In this document: piece by piece, positions 36,790 to 49,900 of the stretch
How the letters are laid out: the number at the start of each line of letters is the position of its first letter
Numbering within the stretch: the stretch's first letter is position 1
From: Vermamoeba vermiformis
Taxonomy: Eukaryota
DNA length: 64,000 bases
Reading direction: 5' to 3'
Assembly (NCBI GenBank): GCA_045837725.1
Contig: JBEWZL010000244.1
Coordinates: 248,001 to 312,000 of the forward strand
The notes under the pieces: model-generated
What the model saw: the letters and a program-made list of their open reading frames with translations, nothing else
Databases searched by the model: none
What the model was told of the DNA's origin: nothing
Position numbers and translations under genes: made by a program

Positions 36790-39752
36790 TTACATATTTC
36801 GTTGCACATAATTCGGCACCCATTTGACGATGGAAGCAGTAATCGCTTGGCGCGTGATCGGCTTGGTAATGTAGTCGCTCATGCCCGAATTGATGCACTT
36901 GTCGCGATCACCTGGCAGCGCTGCAGCTGTTACAGCGATAATAGGCACGTGATAGTCGTCTCCCGCAGCGCCTTCATTCTCCCTAATGGCCTTGGAGGTC
37001 TCGTAGCCGTCGAGTCCGGGCATGTGACAGTCCATGAAGATCATTGCAAAGCGTTGTTTCTTGTTCACGATGAGGTCAAGTGCTTCGTAGCCATTGTTGG
37101 CGCAGGTTACATCGCAGCTCAGCTTTTTGAGCGTTAATTGCATCAACTTCTGATTGACCGGATGATCTTCAACAACGAGGATGTGTGGCACATTGTCATC
37201 GCGATGGGTGGTAACAACGCTCAATCGAGACGCAGGAGGGGTAGCAGGAATAGAATGCAATCCTGAGGCTATTGGGCACGGCAGTACAAACCAGAACAGT
37301 GCGCCATGTACCCTCGCGACTGATGAGTCCGGTGGTGCCGTGCATCAGTGTTACTAACTTCTTGCAAATGGACAGTCCCAGACCAGTGCCCCCGAACTTC
37401 CTTTGTGTGCCATGTCCTTGGACAAACGGAGAGAAGAGTTGTTGCTGCAAGTCCGCGGATATGCCAATGCCTGAGTCTTGCACGCTGAACAAGACATTCA
37501 CCGTGCTGTCCACGAGTGAGCTGAAGCTAGGCATGCTTGTGGCCAGTAGTTGCGTTGTCACTTCGCCAGTACGTTCTTCTGCAGCCTTGGCGGTGTTCAG
37601 TTTGACGTGTTGTGACTCCAAAAATTCGTGCACAAAACTCTCACGCATGTCTGGCACAGGTACTGCTTTGACAACGATTGAGCCTTGTGAAGGAGTGAAT
37701 TTGATGGCGTTGGAGATGAAATTGAGCAATATCTGTCCAATGCGCCCTTCATCGCCAATCAACTGTCGTGTCGCCAACATTTCATCGAGATGTACTTGCA
37801 CGTCCAATTGCTTGCCTTGAATCTTGTGCGCGAACATTTTGGTGCGTGTTTGCAACAGATCGACCAGATTGATTTCACTCTGCTCGAGTTCCATGCGACC
37901 AGAATCAATTTTGGAGTAATCGAGAATGTCATTGATCAGATCCAACAGCTGTGCACTCGAGTTCTGAATGATGTCGAGGTACTTGTGCTGATCAGTGGTC
38001 AATGTGGTCTCAGCGAGCATTTCACTCATGCCAATCACGCCGTTGAGTGGTGTGCGGATCTCGTGGCTCATAGTCGCCAAGAACTCTGACTTGAGTTGTG
38101 CCATGCGCAGTGCACTCTGCTCGCTGATTGCTAGCCGCGCTGCTTCTTTTTTGATGGTGATGTCAGAGGTCACGACCACCAGTCCAGTCACTTGATCGCC
38201 GACAGTGATAGGCGAGTAGTGCACTTCAAACCATCGGTCTGCAAAATTGGTCTCGATGGAGAACGCTTCTCCCGCTAGACCGCGGCGAATGTTCTCAGAG
38301 TACTGTGGCACGCCATGGCCCTCGAAGAATTCGTAGATTGACTTGCCCTTCAAGTTCTCGGTGCCAAAGGTCTCGCCCTTCTTCTCGCGCGGGCCCTCCA
38401 CGAACTGCACAATGCCCTGCGCATCGACGGTGTAAATCGAGACGGGGAAGTGTTTGATGATAGCTCGCAGCTGTGCTTCAGCAGCTGTTGCGTTGTCTTC
38501 TGCGCGCTGTTGCTCGTCGATGTCGGTGCAGGTACCGAACCACTTGTAGATCTCGCCAGTGCCCGCACGTTTGATGGGCAACGCGCGGATCAAGAACCAG
38601 CGGTATTGTGAATCAGCACCGCGGTATCTAGCGCGCACTTCGTACGTGCAGCCAGTCTCGACTGCGTGGTGCCACGCTTGCATGAGTCGTTCGTGGTCCT
38701 CGGGGTGCAGAAAAGTCTCCCAGCCGTGACCGAGCGCGCAGTTGAGTCCTGCTCCCGTGTACGTGAACCACTGCTTGTTGAAGTACGAGACAAAACCACT
38801 CGGCTGCAACAGAATCTATTAGTATTATATTCATATCTAATAAGCTGAATATAAATCGTAATTTATCATGCGAGTTTTCTATTGCCAACACTGTAAAGTG
38901 ACTGACGTGCGATCCAACACTTACATCCGAGGTCCAGACGAGCTGCGGAATAGTTTCTATAACAATTTTAACATCGTCCTCTCTTTGTCGCAGCTTTTCA
39001 CTGTCTTGCACGCCTGCCAACACGCGTTCATGAAGCCGAGTCACATCCTGCATTACGCCACTCAGCTTGATTACGCGTTGTACAGGTCGTTCATCACTCG
39101 AGAATGACACCGATGAGTTCAATGAGCTGCTGCCGCTGTGACTAGCGCGCACGTAATCAAAAACTTCGGCGCTGATGCTCATACACGTATCAATGGGCAC
39201 TAAACACAGATCTTCGGATTCGGACAATTCGTCAGGTGCGACACTTCCGCGGCAATTGATCCATTTAAGAGTACCATCGAGGCATTGTACCCTGAAGTCA
39301 AAGTCGAACTCGCCGTCGCTGAAATCAACCGTTACTTCGTCGTCTAAAAATTAGGGCTGTTAATTAAAACTGTTCGAATTATTATGGATATTATGTAGCC
39401 GCAGTGCAGTGTTTTACGTACTGGCTGATATTATTTCACATTATAATTCGTTTTCATGAAATTAAAAGAGCTCTCGCGCTGGAACAATTTTGGATTTACC
39501 TTTTGTGGCTGAATCAGCGAATGACTCGCAGTAGGCTATGAGTTTACTAATTTCGTGTAAGAATACGTCTCTATCAATGCAACATGCCAAAATTCTTTCC
39601 ATCGAAAGCCGTTCGTTTTCATCTTTAAATCCAAACAGAGCAGCCAGAGGAGGCGTGTATTCGAACCTATTCATCGTCAAGTCCCACTCCCAGCTAGCTA
39701 TTTTAGCGCTGCGTGTGGCGCGGCTTAATAAATTGCTCTTCTGCGTTAACAT
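36790..39752 (-). CDS. Hybrid sensor histidine kinase (3 PAS + HisKA + HATPase + receiver), with a frame disruption near 37309
   Basis: FLATMSHEIRTPLNGVIG, QILLNFISNAIKFT, VQDSGIG, GGTGLGLSIC, and the receiver motifs ILVVEDHPVNQ and FMDCHMPGLDG. The start codon is uncertain. Confidence 0.9.
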
Positions 39753-40135
39753 AAGATCTGATTCGACGTTACACAAGCATTTGTTCGCCTCGTACCAAGT
39801 TAATTCTCCACGATATTATTGATAGTTAAACCCGTGTGGTGTGGCAGGCGGGTTCTATAAAGTTTAACTAATTTCAGTTTTTTTGCCTCGTATGGCGCGT
39901 CACACAAATCACGTGCCAAAATTAGATCTGCTGTACTCCGAGTAATAGTGCTCTAGAGGTCGCATTGGATGGAATAGGAATAAGTAAACATGACTGGGAT
40001 CGAGTCTAAAACGTTCGGGTAGAGTATTTCCAGAGATAACCGACATTTGTCGATTAAAAAAAAAGCCGGCGAACCCGACAAATCCCCTAATGTACAAAAA
40101 TATGGTTATATGAGCATATTAACACCACAATAGAA

Positions 40136-41802
40136 ATGTCCAGTGTATTGGCGGAGTCAGATCTCGACAATATCAGCAAAAGACGGGCTCGCGAACTAGA
40201 GCAACGTAATCGTCGATTCCTACGAAAACAACGTGCCGAAAGTGCAGGATGGCATCAAGCATCGAGGTACTTATTCGCTGACTATCGTATCAATGATCGA
40301 ACGTAGTGGACTCCAAATAATTTTTGGTGACGTGGAGAAAAAATAATCCAAAGCATTAATTGATTATTTCTAAAATATGGTCCATTATATTACATATTTA
40401 CTTATTTATTATTATAAATTAATATAATGATTTTCGAACCAAGTAAATTTCGGAAATTGAAAGATTACGCCTGGATGAAACTTCTGCTCAATAATGGTGT
40501 ATTCATAGAGAAGCGATGGTGACGCGCATATTAAAGAATATCACCAAGCAAGAAGCTGAAACAGACGAGCAATTACAACAACGGATTCGGGCCTGCGATC
40601 TGCTGATCTCGCTGTTTAGCACCGCTCTGTATAATTATCGTCGTGCATCTGTATGCGATCCATTCCCTAGTCATTTGATAGATGCTACTACGCACGAGAA
40701 GTTATTTGAACAAGCTGTAAGCTCAAATCACCGCTAACCCCAAAACGAGATCATTCTAAATGGATTACTAGGAACTGTATATGAAAGGCATGCCCGACAT
40801 ATATCATTTTGCTGCCAATCCCCGAGCAATCTCCAACCTGCCGCAGACTGGACTGATGATGCTCGATTGGATACTCCATCCCGAGCACGACGGCCTCTCT
40901 GTCAGTCAAATACCACTTGACCAGGTTAGAAATCACCTTATTGATCATATACTCGTGATTACTAATGTCTTCTATCAATAGTTCAAGCGAGAATTCGAAA
41001 AAGATCTGCCGCGCTACAAAGCCGAGCATTTAGAGCCACAATACGTGTTTAAAATTGACTATAGTGACCACCATGACTACGCACATGTGTTTAACGAGCT
41101 GAAGGACCGTTATGGTGCTTTAAGAGGTACAAATCAATCAAATGCTAGTGTGATTGATGACTCATTTCCTAATTAGGCTATCACGGCAGCAGTTTTGAAA
41201 ATTTGCACTCCATAGTGCGCAATGGTCTCGATGCCACTTATGCAAAAGAGACCTCGTTGTTTGGCACGGGCATTTACTTGAGGTATGCGCTGCTTGACAC
41301 GTACCAATTAGGCAATAACTGACACCTACCCCAGCTCGGATCGAGATGTAGCGTATGGATACCTCAAGCCAGGTCTGAACAGCGGTGCTAACAGTGTGTT
41401 TGGCTCGCAAGTCGGCTGCATTGTGTGCTGCGATGTGGTGCGACATCATGACGTCAAGCACGCGAGCAAAGAACAATTGAAACAGCTCAAAGAGTTCAGC
41501 ATTCACAGCGAGAATGATGTGCCACGCGGTACGTATTATACGCGAGTAATAAAATGCTAGTCCTTCGCCCCTAATCAACGACTTCACTAGGCTACATTGT
41601 GGCCCCTAAGAGCGAGTTCGTGCTCGTCAAGTACGTGCTCGTGTATTGCAACTTTGCCCCTGTGGCGCGCAAGAAAACTAACTTCTGCGCGATCATGCTC
41701 GTCATGTACATACTCATCATCGTGTTCATTTGGCTCGTCAAGTCCAAGTACAACTTCAGAACATTTTTCAATCAACGGTTCTTTTTCTTGACGGACAAAT
41801 AA
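40136..41802 (+). CDS. PARP16-like tail-anchored mono-ADP-ribosyltransferase
   Basis: CDLLISLFSTALYNYRRASVCDPFP, YHGSSFENLHSIVRNGL, SLFGTGIYLSSD, GYIVA..VKYVLVY and a C-terminal transmembrane helix. Confidence 0.9.
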
Positions 41803-41965
41803 CGTGTACATAGTTGTAAATACATTGTTTATAGCGTTCCTTATTTAACGAATCCATTGTCACATGTTGAACAAACTCCGCTCCCCATTTTTTTGTTGCC
41901 GTCGGATCTGTCAGTGAATCCAGACCACGCCATTCCTTGAGTTAACCGCCACTGACTTGCCATCA

Positions 41966-42779
41966 CTATATATTGTCATATTCATGTCTCTTCCCAAACG
42001 GCCAAATTGGTCTGAGGCCCTTTTGCTTTCGATACACCATCCACAGTCCGAGGCCAATCACCATAGTCAGTGCAACGGCTACGAACAAAATGACGAGTAT
42101 TTTGATCGTCTCTTCAGCATAAGTGCACGTGTATCTGTGACGCGAGCACGTGATTGGTCCGTGAGGTGCGGTCAAATTGCCTGACCAGCACTGCGAAGTG
42201 TCAAAGCACCAGATGCACTCGCAGTCCTCGCACTCTTGTTCTGTGCGACCAGTACACGAATCTACGACACAAAGTCAATATTATACGCACTGTCATAATA
42301 CTAACACTGCCCTACCATCGCACTGCTGCTTGAAAGTAAACAGATTTGGACAGTGGCCCTCGCTGCCACTCTTCTCAATGCACGTGTTAGTATCTTCGCA
42401 CCACGAACAAACTTGCTCATTAGCAAGACATGCTTTGCACGAACTGTATTGATTACATTGCTCTGTGGATTGCGTTAGTGTAAATTAGATCTGGATCGCT
42501 CAATGAAATTCGAATACAAACAACCATAATATTTGGAACATTATAATATAATATGCATAGAAAACGATAACGCCTCGTTGGCCAACGTAACTAAAATTTG
42601 AACGAAATAATTAAATTAACTGGACGAACTATATTCCTCAGTATCCACAATAAACTATTTTATTATATATTTCCGTTTGATAAAAATAGTAGTAAATAAT
42701 ATATTTAAACAACTTACGTGAGTCAACCGCAATTAAAAACGCTAAAAAGCAAGTCAAATACCACAATTAACTTGCTCAT
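41966..42779 (-). CDS. Single-pass membrane protein with Cys-rich PSI-like repeats (PTTG1IP-like); apparent 1-nt frameshift in exon 1
   Basis: CNQYSSCKACL..CSWC and CEDCECIWC, a transmembrane helix ILVILFVAVALTMVIGLGLWMVY, and a C-terminal YDNI (YxxPhi motif). Confidence 0.7.
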
Positions 42780-42912
42780 TGCCCTTTTAATGCTTAATTA
42801 TCATTATAATATTAGCAGAGCAACTGATGTGCTTGTCGATCAAATCAAAAATAAATAAATAAACAAATTTTGGAGGTCCCATTATTTTGACACGCGAAGA
42901 CAATCTATCACA

Positions 42913-43468
42913 ATGCCACGAGTAATACACGTTGATAAGGAAGATACATATTTAAATCAAATAGGAAATAAAGAAGGCGGCTTGGTAAGTCCATTTAAAG
43001 GACCTTGAGGCGGATCTGACTTGCTAAATTTTTGTTCTTTAGACCGTAGTTGATTTTTCTGCCGCGTGGTAAGCTGGATATAAATACTTTATTCGCTGAT
43101 AAAATATTAATCAATACTTCTTTAATTATTTATTATGGAAATATTTTCTCATTAAAATCGCAGGTGTGGTCCTTGCAAGAGAATAACGCCCCACTACGAA
43201 GTACTGAGCGATAAATTTCCTAAAGTCACATTTCTGCATATTGATATCGATGAATTACCTGTAAGTACCAGATCTTTCAATGACACCGTGTTTCGATCCA
43301 TTTAACTCACGGATGTGCTTGCTAATGATGCACTAGAACCTCCCCGATGTGATGAGCGTGCGCGCAGTGCCTACATTCATGTACTTTGTCAACGGCCGTA
43401 AAGTCGCTGAAGTAGCTGGCGCGAATATTGATGCAGTTGAAAGGCTCGTCAAACAACACAGTTCATAA
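42913..43468 (+). CDS. Thioredoxin, 4 exons
   Basis: Spliced VVDFSAAW|CGPCK, FLHIDID, VRAVPTF and VAGAN. Confidence 0.95.
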
Positions 43469-43662
43469 TGACGCTCAGTGAGTTCAATGCCCTTAATTGT
43501 AAATAAAAGATTCTTTGACATGGCACTACTGCGCAAAATAGAAACGGTACAAACGCCGTGAAATTGGTGAACTTTCATGCGAAGAATCAGCTACCAACCA
43601 AGCTAAAAAGGCCCGCTCGAACATTTGAAGTTTAATTGTGTCGATAAAACAACAATGATATC

Positions 43663-45688
43663 ATGCATAAGTCAAGTATAGTCATTATACTGGCTCTACT
43701 GTCAACATCAGTGCTGGCATTCATGCACGATCAGCTCTTCACGGATTCCACCGAGCGTTTTTATGGTATGAGTATTTAATTCCATAATTCTAAATTAATA
43801 TGTATTATAGCCGCAGAGAGCTGCTCATTCCCACCCAAGGTAACAATTTTAAAATTCGTTCCAATATTCAAATTTAAATTAGCCCGTTCCTCTTCCCAAC
43901 CCGTTGCCTAATGAAATAGCCAATGCCTTGGCTGCAGTGGATAATTTAATTCAACAAAATATGGCAGCGTTGAAATATCCTGGTAATAAATAACGGCAAA
44001 CAATCGACGACCCCTCACCTTCCAAATTAGGAATATACTTCAGCGTCATCTATCGAGATCAAGTGCTGTTAGAAAAAGGCTACGGATATTCTGACATTGC
44101 TAAGGGCACTGTACCATCGCGAGGTTAGTTGCCTTCGAGCTGCCAAGTCAGCACGCACTAATCATCACGTACAGACACGGTGTGGTACATTGGCTCCGTG
44201 ACCAAAATCTTGCCCGCAATGATGTTGTACATGTTGCACGAGAATCAAATCATTGCATCGCCTACGGACCCAGTCGTCAAGTACGCACCACATTTTAATG
44301 TAAGTTGCACTATTATGATCATTCACTGAAACACGCTGTTAACGCCGCACAGCCTCTCAATCGCTTCACCTCCGAGCCAATCACTTTCATGCAGCTAGCT
44401 ACTCAATTGAGCGGTCTTCAACGCGAGGCTCCGTGCTTCACCAACGAAGGCAAGTGACATCAATAGCTCCACTGCGTTAGTGCTAATCACCAGTATAGAC
44501 TGTCAATCTGTCACCACCGATCAGATTTTAAGTCGTTTGCAATTGTATCCGACACTCACCGCTCCTTTCGCGAAACCTTCGTACTCGAATTTGGTAAGAA
44601 AAATGTACCGATAATAGCAACTCTAACAAGTAATTAGGGCTTCTCGCTCTTGGGCCGCATTCTTGCTGAATTGACTCCCTACTCTTTTGAAGACTATTGT
44701 GCTCAAAAGATCGGTGCACCTCTTAATCTCACCCAGTTCGGCTTCAATTTGACGAATCAAATGATGCACAACTTGGTACGCCCATCCATATTCCATTAAC
44801 GTCCTCAGTCTGACACAGCCAAACAGGCTGTTGGTTATATGCCTGGCAATCAACCCGCTCCAACGACTAACTTCGGTTGGTCAGCTCCCTGTGGCGGTGC
44901 TTTAGCTTCAAGCTCAGATTTAGTCAAGTGGGCTCAATTGTTCTTCACGGACTTCAGTGACCCTGTGTCGCCTGTGCTCAAGACTACCTCACTCAAAGAG
45001 ATGCTCGTATGTTTTCGATTTACTAGTCGATACTTACTTTTCTAACACGCGCTTAGTCTGTTCGTTACGTCAATCCCAGTGGCAACACAGGCTTTGGCTC
45101 GCCGTGGGAAATCGCTTTCCAACAAGGCTATGTCGTGCGCAACAAGGGTGGAAATGTTGCTGGGTATGTTGCCGTTGGACTATTAATCGCCGCTTCTAAC
45201 ACACGCACAGTTACACGACACTACTGTCTGTAGTGCCTGAAATTAAGCTTGGCTTCACATTGAACATCAATGCTGGTGCCGATGAACTCGGCTTGTCACG
45301 CCAAGTCTATGACATTTTATTGCCCGCGTTTGACTCAGCATTGAAGAAATTGCAGCCCAAATATCAACTGCCTACCAACACTTCACTTTACACTGGCCGT
45401 TACGTCGCCCAAGGCGTTGGAACTACACTGGACATAACCCTGATCGATGATCAGTTGTACCTCGGTCAAGTTGTGAATGGCAATGTGGGCTATTTTGCAG
45501 CACTTGAATCGGTCTCTTACGAACAGCTGCAAGTCCATTTGACCACAGATTACATTGCGAAACAACCTTGTCAAATGCCCGAGCTGCTCGCGCTGGACAA
45601 TAGTTACTTGGACTTCGCGCTTCAAGGTCAATATCGTTACTTCACTTGGCCTGGCAACTTAGTCGGCTTCTATTTCGTGCGCCAATAA
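43663..45688 (+). CDS. Secreted beta-lactamase-family serine hydrolase (LACTBL1-like)
   Basis: Signal peptide MHKSSIVIILALLSTSVLA, SxxK (GSVTK), LATQLSGLQRE, YSN (PSYSNLGFSLLG) and NKGG. Confidence 0.88.
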
Positions 45689-45784
45689 AAAAAAGGATTT
45701 TTTCAGCGAACACGTGATGCAATAACTTCTACATTGCCATAATCTAAATTACAATTATTATTGCTGAGTAATATACAGCACAAT

Positions 45785-47024
45785 ATGTCCGACTCTTCAC
45801 CTACTCGTAAAAGAAAGAGAAGTCCTAGCAGGTAAGTTGTCCGATCGCGCTCAGTGATTTTCTCGTCTTTTTCTAATGTACTTGATAGCTCCCGCTCGAG
45901 TAGTCGCAGTAGGAGTCGCAGCAGAAGCAGAAGTGATAGATCTCCTCCTCGAAAACGAAGAGATCGAAGCAGAAGTCGTGATCGACGAAGAAGTAGAAGC
46001 AGAAGTCGTAGTAGAGATAGAAGAAGAAACGAATCAAGACGTGATGATAGAAATATTAAATCAGAACCTAACAGAGAGTAAGCTAAGAATAATCAAAAAT
46101 TGAAAATATTTTAATTTCAGATATTTATCCAAAATAACGAACGAGATAAATATACCAATATTGCCTGGTGCTTATTATATTTATTAAAAATAATTAGAGA
46201 AAACTCAATAATTTCTTTACAGCGACAGAAGAAATGACAGAGAGAACCGCGATAATGGTCGCAGAGATAATAGAAACAATAACAAAGACGATGTTAGCAA
46301 GCCATTTTTCAAGAAACGATCACACGATGTTGGCGAAGATAGCGATATTCCGGAAAGTCAGATGCAGTGGGGCAAGGCCAATCAAGCAGCGTACGTTTTA
46401 CTGCCTTACAATTCGAATAATAAGCTCGTGCAATACTTACAATAGACAATAGGGAGCAGAAAGACGAAGAGCCAGCTGAGAAAGAACAACCAAACTTCAA
46501 ACCTTCAGGAGCGCTCGATAGAGAACAGAAAACTATTGTTAATGGTAAGCACAAAATAGTTTATTATTTAAGCTGTCAAAATATGTTTCTGGTAGCGCTA
46601 ACGATTCGTTACTGAAGGTGTGGAATTGAATTATTTTGAGCCCAAAGATTCTAAAGTGCCAACCAAGGTCTACGTGCTCTATCCATTCAAGGGCAACGAG
46701 GCATTGGATCCGTTGTATTTGCGCAAGTCTTCGTTCTTCTTACTTGGGCGCGATCGCACGATCGTCGACATCCCGCTCGATCATCCATCGTGCTCCAAAC
46801 AGCACGCTGTAATACAATTTAGACAGCGAACGGTTGAAAATGAATTTGGTGAGAAAAAGGCAATAGTGAGGCCATACATCATCGACTTGAAGAGCACTAA
46901 TGGCACCCATCTGAACGGGACGAGGATCGATGATTCCCGTTACTTCGAGTTGAAGCATAAGGATGTACTGAAATTCGGGTTTAGTTCAAGAGAGTTTGTT
47001 TTCATGGACGAGAGCGCCGTCTAA
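45785..47024 (+). CDS. SNIP1: SNIP1/Pml1 FHA-domain RES-complex splicing factor
   Basis: RS-rich N-terminus, EQPNFKPSGAL, and the FHA motifs GRD..DHPSCSKQHAVIQFR..PYIIDLKSTNGT..FGFSSREF. Confidence 0.92.
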
Positions 47025-47293
47025 TAATAAACCAAATTTAATTTAGATCAAAAAACGCGCGCTTTTTTAATAATCTACTAATTAGCACAGAATTTTGATG
47101 ATATTAGTGATAAACTTCGAGTAAAGGGTGGTGTCAATAGACACCCTTGTAGTGTTGATTGTGTATTATACACGAAGATCAAAAAGAGAATCAAAGCAAC
47201 CATTAGTAGTTGTTTTCGCAGGAAGCAGAGACCTCGTTTAAGATCCGATTGCGCGGTAGAAACCACATCCCGAAGGAGTAGTTGCCAAGCCGC

Positions 47294-47719
<426 letters not shown>

Positions 47720-47971
47720 TCAAGGTTTGAGTTAATTGAATGAACTGAGTGCGCCGCTTTCGCTTTTATCTCTGCCAAAAAAGTAACGGTCACTTGGTCA
47801 GGGAGGCAATTTTGGGCGGCAAAGTTGTAACGGTCAAATACATCGTCGTCGCCTGTTGCGCGGGAACACAATACAACACAAAAACCAAATCTTTACAAAA
47901 ACTGATGAGCACCACGCGAGGCGGGTCTAGTCGCAGGTTGTTACAAGAACCTGCATCTAGCAAAGTGTTCT

Positions 47972-49900
47972 CTATTCTTCATAAGCAAACGGAGAGCTCT
48001 TCGCCACGCTGCATCTCGTTCCACTGGCAGCTTTGAAAAATTTCTTCGACCCTTGGCTCTCTTCTTCTCGCTTGCGCTTCAGATCTGGTAATCAATTAAT
48101 TATAGAATCGTTTTTAAATTACTAAAATTTACTACCATCATCAAGCATACCTTTGGGAGTGTTGGGAGCACTGTCGGAATTTTTCAGCTCCTTAATAGCG
48201 CCGTCTACGGCCTCCAGTACCTTTTTCGTCTTTTCTTTGTCCACATCCTTGCCTCGGTTCTTGGCGCCAGAATCCTTAATGCACTTATCCTTCAGTAGCT
48301 TCTGGATTAGCTCATCAGCGAGTTTACTGTTGACGACGAGATCGCGCTGGAGCTTTTTCGAGCTGACTGAAGTTTCCTTGATCGTTACTTCCAAGGCGCG
48401 CTTGTAGAGTTTGGCGAGCTCGAGCTTGATGTTAACTTCCTTGGAGCCTACCACTCGCACGCGTGGTGTTTGAGGCGTAGTTGGAGCTGAAGCAGGTACT
48501 TGGGAGTTGATTGAGTTGCTATTCGTCAAGGAGCTCTTGATCTCGCTGCTAGCGGCCAGCTGGCGCTTGTTTGGCTTCGGCAATCGTTTAATAGCATCTG
48601 ATTGGTCGCGTAAGTAATGAAATTATCGCTATAATACAAACCTTCAAGCACTTTGGGCGGATAATTGAAGAACTTCGCGCGAATTGCTTCCTCATTAGGC
48701 TCTACTTCTTTATTCGCGACTGAGCTCAGTACCATTTGAACGCGATCAGAGTGACTGATTTCATCTTGGGTGAACTCCTCCGAGTCATTGGCCTGAATAG
48801 AGGTGAGCAATCATATACTTGCCAAAGTAACTACGCCGGCGCACTCACCTCAGCACGGGCATGGGCTTGAGTCTCATCGTCTGACGAGTTGAGTTCCTTC
48901 TCTACATCATGTCGCTTAGTAGTGGTCTTGGGCGCGATGTCAACAGGCTTTGGCAGTTCTGTTTCGTCATTCTGATCGAGTTGATCCGTAGCAGTAATGA
49001 CTCTAAGAAGCTAGTTAGCGCATGCACGGCACTTATTGTATATCTTACTTCAACTTAACAGCGTGGAATGGCGTTCGAACGTCTCCAATCGTCATCTGAA
49101 CAGGATCCGCTACGAACTCGACACCGCCGTCTATCTCAGGTAATGATTAGCTTTGATATTGTACCGACTACTGATACTAACCGTCATCAGCGTTGCTAAA
49201 GTAATCGGGCTCGTAGTCAGACGGAGTGTGAGGATAGTAGAGTAATCGCATGGTAATGTAACGGTTCTTCGGCAGCTTGTTCAGCGTACTGGTCATGCAC
49301 ATAAGACGTCGGATGAGCGTAGTTGTGGCGTCTTTAATGTCTTCTTTACTTGGATGGGGCATTCGAACCAAAGGATTGCCGATGGAGAGCGTATCAAATG
49401 ACAAGTTGATCTCGTCGTTCGGGTACGTAATCGTAACTACAAATTGTTGAAATTAATTCGTTAAAAAATATTATACGATCAGGTACTTACAAGTGTAGCT
49501 CTCCAGCAGACTTGTCTCGCGCTCTGGATCCAAGTAAATTCCAAATATTATTTTCCTCAACTAAAAAATAATTAATATAGCTTCAGATAGTAAAAAATCA
49601 TACGTATTTCTTCTGCATAGCATCGAAAACGCCCTTTTCTATCCATTCGCAGAGCTGAGATGACTCAGGAGAGGCAGGTAACAGCGCCTTGATGCTGATC
49701 CCGCTCAAGTTCTTATCCTGGAAACAGGCCTCGTCGAAGATGTTGCGGAGGTAGCATATGCACGACAAAGACGCCCGAAGAAGGTTTCGCATCAACGTCA
49801 GAGACTGCTGATGCGTCGGCGTTTCGGTCTGCTCTTTCAGCGCTACTTGACTCTGCTCAAGCTTAGATCCGACGTTCAGGAGAAGTCTTGGACTTACCAT
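47972..49900 (-). CDS. HOP1: Meiotic HORMA-domain axis protein (HOP1/ASY1/HORMAD)
   Basis: QSLTLMRNLLRASLSCICYLRNIF, WIEKGVFDAMQKKYL, LLESYTF and RYITMRLLYYPHTPSDYEP, followed by a winged-helix-like region and a C-terminal closure-motif-like TRCSVAKSSP. Confidence 0.9.

Noticed and set aside
45890-46045. AGAAGT/AGAAGC-type tandem repeats
   Set aside because: They encode the RS domain of SNIP1 and are not a satellite or CRISPR array.
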